The notes below the pieces were generated by a model. That model made no database searches. It was not told the origin of the DNA and saw only the letters and a list, made by a program, of their open reading frames with translations. Of a DNA stretch of 64,000 bases, positions 59,513 through 64,000 are shown piece by piece. The stretch spans positions 2,232,001 through 2,296,000 of the forward strand of contig NW_025767202.1 of assembly GCF_003918875.1 (NCBI RefSeq). Direction: 5' to 3'. How positions within the stretch are numbered: the first letter of the stretch is position 1; each line of letters starts with the position of its first letter. Position numbers and translations under genes: made by a program. Source of the DNA: Haliotis rubra. Lineage: Eukaryota.

Positions 59513-60115
59513 GTGTTTGAATAATGGTCTGTTTGCGCCATAATGCGCTAGTGGAGGTTTAAACAGTATTCCACTAAGGTCACGGATCCTGGAGGAAAGT
59601 CCGAGGTAATGCGGATGTTAGACGTTTGTCACGCTGACGAAACCAAATCCCGGGTACGCCGCTCACAAGTCTATAAAACTGATTGGTGCGGACTGGGATT
59701 TGAACCCGCTCTCCCAGATTTGTAGCGTCGTTGTCATGATCATTTGCGACCTGGGCCTTGATTTTCGAAGCTCTCTTAGCGCTGAGATTGTTGTTAATGT
59801 ATGGCACTTACGACTATTTTTGCGCTAAGAGAGCTTAAACAATATAGACCCTGCATGTCCACTCACGTCATGTTGAAAAGGGTGTTCCTAATATAATCAA
59901 ACTGAATTTATAGCACATCTAGTATATCTTTATATATTGATCATGTGTTCAGGGAGATTGTTTATTCAAGTCATACGAAATGTTTAAAGCGTCAAAAGCC
60001 CACAAGAAATCATCAATGCACAGTTTCGTTATCGATCACGTGAAATGAAAATGCTCATTTGATAATTTATTTTAATCCAAAAATGCATTCCAAAAGTTAT
60101 TTCTGACGGAATATA

Positions 60116-60992
60116 TACTATCCCCAAAATGAAACGCATAAGCCAGAAATCTATTGCGAAAATGTTGTATTTTCAAACATGTATAACTCGTCCACAAATA
60201 GACTTTAGTGCATGAATTTTTACACCAGTTTAGAAGAAGGTATTGTCTATACTACCAGGTGGATCCTTTTAGATAACGGGGACGTTGAGCGCGATGGTGA
60301 CGACGTAGCACGGTCCCGACGTCGGGTATCCTGGCTGTCAGACCAATCTCTTTCAACCTGTTCCGTACAGTTTGACCGGATATCCTCCGAAGTCCAGGCA
60401 CCCTGGCTGCTGTGTCCTCACCCGTGGCAGTACGATCACGCAAATGTAGTACCCGGATGTACCGATCTTGGGCTGCAGTGGTGGCTCGAGGTCTGCCTGT
60501 ACAGGGACGGTCATTTGTTATACCTGTTTGGTTGTAACGAGTTGCAAGCCGTGATATCGTGCTCAGACTAACATTCAGACGCCTGGCAACAGAAGATTGG
60601 TAATCTCCAGCGTGCATTCTTTCAATGGCGATGTTCCGTGCCGCAGAGTCAAGACGTAGCGTAGTGATTTGACCTTGAAACTCCTTCAAAACGAATGCCA
60701 ATTTCCGAAAATAATCTGGATTTTTATTGCCAGACAGTGCATGCTCTTTGCTGTACAATTTCAACTGGAAGGTGATTTCTGTTGCGTTGTTGCGATGCCT
60801 TTTTGGTCCTTTTTGAAATCTCTACAAAATCAATTTTTTTCAGGTAAAATCAATTTTTTACTTGTGCAATTGTGTAAAATCATGTTATCAACACTTCTGT
60901 TACATAGTGTGACGATTGTTTGTACACAATAGGTAATTAATAGATTTAAAAAACAAACAAATCGCCATTGGGTTTCTTTTTTTGGATAGTTA
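60116..60992 (-). mobile_element. Internally deleted Tc1-like transposon
   Basis: TIRs TACTATCCCCAAAATGAAACGCA and (rc) ACTATCCAAAAAAAGAAACCCA. ORF 60252-60764 holds paired HTH domains (VARRLNVS.STISRL, GRPRATT..QDRYIR, IS.QTVRNRL) but no DDE domain. Confidence 0.88.
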
Positions 60993-61350
60993 GAATATCA
61001 ATCATCCATAACCCGAGTGCACAGCGAGACGTTAAACTAGCAGAACATCATCTAGACCTTTACGCAATAATTTTACTCTGGAATAATTGTTACATTTATC
61101 ACGCTAACTCGATGAAACCAAGTTAACCAAAGTTCACCCATCAACATATTCATAACCACTGCATGTATGATATATATCACAACTACTAATTAACACAAAC
61201 TGTGTAAGCGTCTAGATATTTCCCGGTGGCTTCAATTGACAGGCAATAAAGAAGAGTCATCTAATTACGCCGGCGATTGACAGCTGTGATTATTTGCTGA
61301 CTCGGTCACATGGCCATTAGGCGTGACGCCCAAGACCAGGAAAATATGTC

Positions 61351-61358
61351 TATAAAAG
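61351..61358 (+). promoter_or_regulatory. Putative TATA box
   Basis: TATAAAAG about 65 bp upstream of a good-context ATG (ACAACATGG). Confidence 0.5.
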
Positions 61359-61415
61359 TAAGTTGTCGGGAGCGGTGGACAGTTACTTAGGACTTGCATA
61401 TCACAGCGTGACAAC

Positions 61416-61494
61416 ATGGCACTCACAACGTGGATATTGTGCTGCTTCTTGTGCGGGAGTTTCGTTCAGACATTCGCTGGAGATACTGAAACAT
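61416..61494 (+). CDS. Probable first coding exon (signal peptide) of a secreted protein continuing beyond the window
   Basis: MALTTWILCCFLCGSFVQTFAGDTET followed by consensus donor gtaagt (phase 1), with TATA upstream. Confidence 0.6.
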
Positions 61495-61696
61495 GTAAGT
61501 AGACATTCATAATATACATGTATTATAATAATGCATATTACATTAAAACATTTTAAACCAAAACGGAATTAACAATTGCACTACAGTTGATTGTTTATAT
61601 TGTGTAATGTAAAATATTAAAGACGATAAATTATGCAAAATTATGTACTTTTGACGTATGAACTGTTTGATTGACATTTTAGAGATTGGTGAGTAA

Positions 61697-61886
61697 TAAG
61701 AAAGTAAGGTACTTTATGGATAACAACTTCTTATGATATATGATGTGCCGTTTTGGCATAGATTTGTATACCGCTGTCAAGCAAGAGTGGGTGACAGTGG
61801 TATAAGAATCTATACCGAAACGTTGCATCATATATCATAAAGAAGTTGAAAGAAGTTGATATCCATAGAGTACCTTACTTTCTTAC
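61697..61886. mobile_element. Penelope-like inverted terminal-repeat fragment (older)
   Basis: TAAGAAAGTAAGGTACTTTATGGATA... and ...TATCCATAGAGTACCTTACTTTCTTA arms, with decayed hammerhead motifs on both arms. Confidence 0.7.
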
Positions 61887-62153
61887 GTATCAGTGAAAGT
61901 GACAAAAACCATTTCCGTAATCACAAGAAGTCATAGGTCCAATACAAGAAGCTATGGGAACTATGGATTTAGGAATCACTACGAAATATGCCATGTTAGC
62001 GAAAATGTGGGCGTCTCTTGCACCTCTGAGAGGACCCTTCACTTGAACATTTAGAAGAAGACTGGAATCCACCTTCAAATTATTTAAAAGCCTTGCTGAG
62101 ACCTTTCGTGTCGACTTGTAGCGGATCATGTGTTAGGCGCGTCAGTGACAGGG

Positions 62154-64000
62154 TGACGTCGCATGGAAATCTCTACTTTGTCCTGTCCCACATGTAACTG
62201 TGTTGTTGTTTACATGCCATTGTGCGTGTTTGTGTCTGTTTTGCTACGTTCACTTATAGCAAGCATTATAATAGCAACAACAGTAAGTCAAGGTCCAATG
62301 GTGTAGTAATCCCGACTTTGCATCTTATAACCCAGAACTTTAGATAACTTTTACATTAGGAAGTCTCGTGATTAAAGTGTTCGCACGTCACGCCGATCGG
62401 CGGATTCCTCACATGCATGAAGCGCACTTCTGTTTTCTTGTGCTAATGTTGCTGTGATATTACCAAGGGCGCCTTAAACCCAACCCAGCGCACTCGCTCA
62501 CATGTCATCTAAACATGTCTAACGATAATGACTCTAAAAAAGTATTTTTTGGTAAGATTAACTGCGGCCGTCTAATCGCCTATTTCAATTATTGCGTTTC
62601 AAAAACTCTGACATGCTCAACAGAATCCGGCAATGTTCATATTTGCAATTAATGAATCATCTGATTATATAATAATTATATAAATGAAATGCGTGGGTCA
62701 ATATTTTTCACAACCTTAATATATCTTACCTGATAGAATTAATATATTATTCTCATATGCAAAAGAAAATGTGTATATGTTATTCCAAGTGAAATAATAA
62801 TGGAAGTATGTACACGATCAACAACAGTTCGTCCAGTCCCACGCTGTGCTGTGATGTACCAAATAAATGATCACATCATGTGTGACGGGTTAATGCAATC
62901 TGTAATCTATCACGGCCATGTCTGAAATCAATTAGTTAAGCTGTCAGCATGGCGGGGATTCAGAGATCGGAATCTATAGAATGCTGCATGAGATTGATTG
63001 ATGAAGATTAGGTGTATATATGTGTGATTTGTTTGGAAGGAAATCAGGGAAAAGGTATGCCGCTAATTACCTTCCTCGTCATCGATGTCAAAGGTCATAC
63101 CCAGCCATATTTCGGAACTACAGACAATGCAACACTTTTTTATCTTGAAAAATTATAACGGTTTTAGCTGTTCGTTAGTATTTGGAATTACAAAAACTCA
63201 CAACGAAGTGGTACATGTACTAATATGTTTGTAGAAAGAAAAAAATACGCAATGTAATACTGTTTCAGCACACCTGTGTACAATATGCAGTCTAGGAAGA
63301 GGTCACATCTAACACATACTAAATTAGAGATTACGCCTTCGGAGTAAGCTACACATTCTAGAACATATTCTCGCCGACTCCCAGCCGACAGTCACTATAT
63401 ATAAAGTGTGTAACACATCCCTACATTTAGGCTTTATATAATATTCTTTACAAGAAATCACGATTTTATACCTACTTGTAAATCGTTTGTCTGTTGGTTG
63501 ACGCTCTCAACAATAATCCAGCAAGCTACAGGTATATGTCGGCGGTCTGTATATTACCTAGTCTGGACCAGACAATCCAGTGATTGATATCTGCAATCCA
63601 ACATCGATCAACGCAGGTGGAATACGACAACTTGCATGAGTGACAGCTTGACGTCGCATGGAAATCTCTACTTTGTCCTGTCCCACATGTAACTGTGTTG
63701 TTGTTTACATGCCATTGTGCGTGTTTGTGTCTGTCTTGCTACGTTCACTCACAGCAAGCATGATAATAGCAACAACAGTAAGTCAAGGTCCAATGGTGTA
63801 GTAATCCCGACTTTGCATCTTATAACCCAGAACTTTAGATAACTTTTACATTAGGAAGTCTCGTGATTAAAGTGTTCGCACGTCACGCCGATCGGCGGAT
63901 TCCTCACATGCATGAAGCGCACTTCTGTTTTCTTGTCCTAATGTTGCTGTGATATTACCAACCCAACGCACTCGCTCACATGTCATCTAAAGATGTGTAA
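62154..64000. repeat. Direct duplication of about 365 bp (62154-62520 and 63649-64000) including a degenerate SINE
   Basis: Both copies start TGACGTCGCATGGAAATCTCTACTTTGTCC and are nearly identical. The second has a small deletion. Confidence 0.9.
63484..63640 (-). mobile_element. SINE family 2, degenerate
   Basis: GGCGGTCTGT...GTCTGGACCAGACAATCCAGTGAT...CATCGATC. Confidence 0.6.

Noticed and set aside
61890-62129. ORF ending SCDYGNGFCHF, MAM-like
   Set aside because: Only a few residues of resemblance, with no splice signals or further domain.

Overview
AT-rich, intron-containing animal genomic DNA with two N-gaps. It is inferred to be a mollusc, probably a gastropod (abalone-like), from its SINEs and gene content. 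Four spliced genes can be built by hand with phase-consistent GT-AG junctions. (1) A minus-strand secreted protein with signal peptide, Calx-beta, TSP1, Thr-rich mucin stalk and TSP1 (8755-15210), which carries a +1 frameshift in a G6 run. (2) A minus-strand ADAM/ADAMTS-like M12B metalloprotease with an intact HELGHSMGSGHD zinc motif but no recognisable C-terminal exons (22302-32446). (3) A minus-strand CUB-LDLa-TM-PPxY receptor-like protein (33888-39465). (4) A plus-strand 13-exon SLC7 light-chain amino acid transporter (42954-54947). A probable signal-peptide first exon of a fifth gene lies at 61416. Introns and spacers hold at least two SINE families sharing a 3' tail, Kolobok-, MULE-, Ginger-, pogo- and Tc1-type DNA elements, a LINE RT fragment, Penelope-like fragments and many minisatellites. 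The most notable observation is that the Penelope-like inverted terminal fragments carry minimal type-I hammerhead-ribozyme motifs with a compensatory U3-A8 core and covarying stem II.
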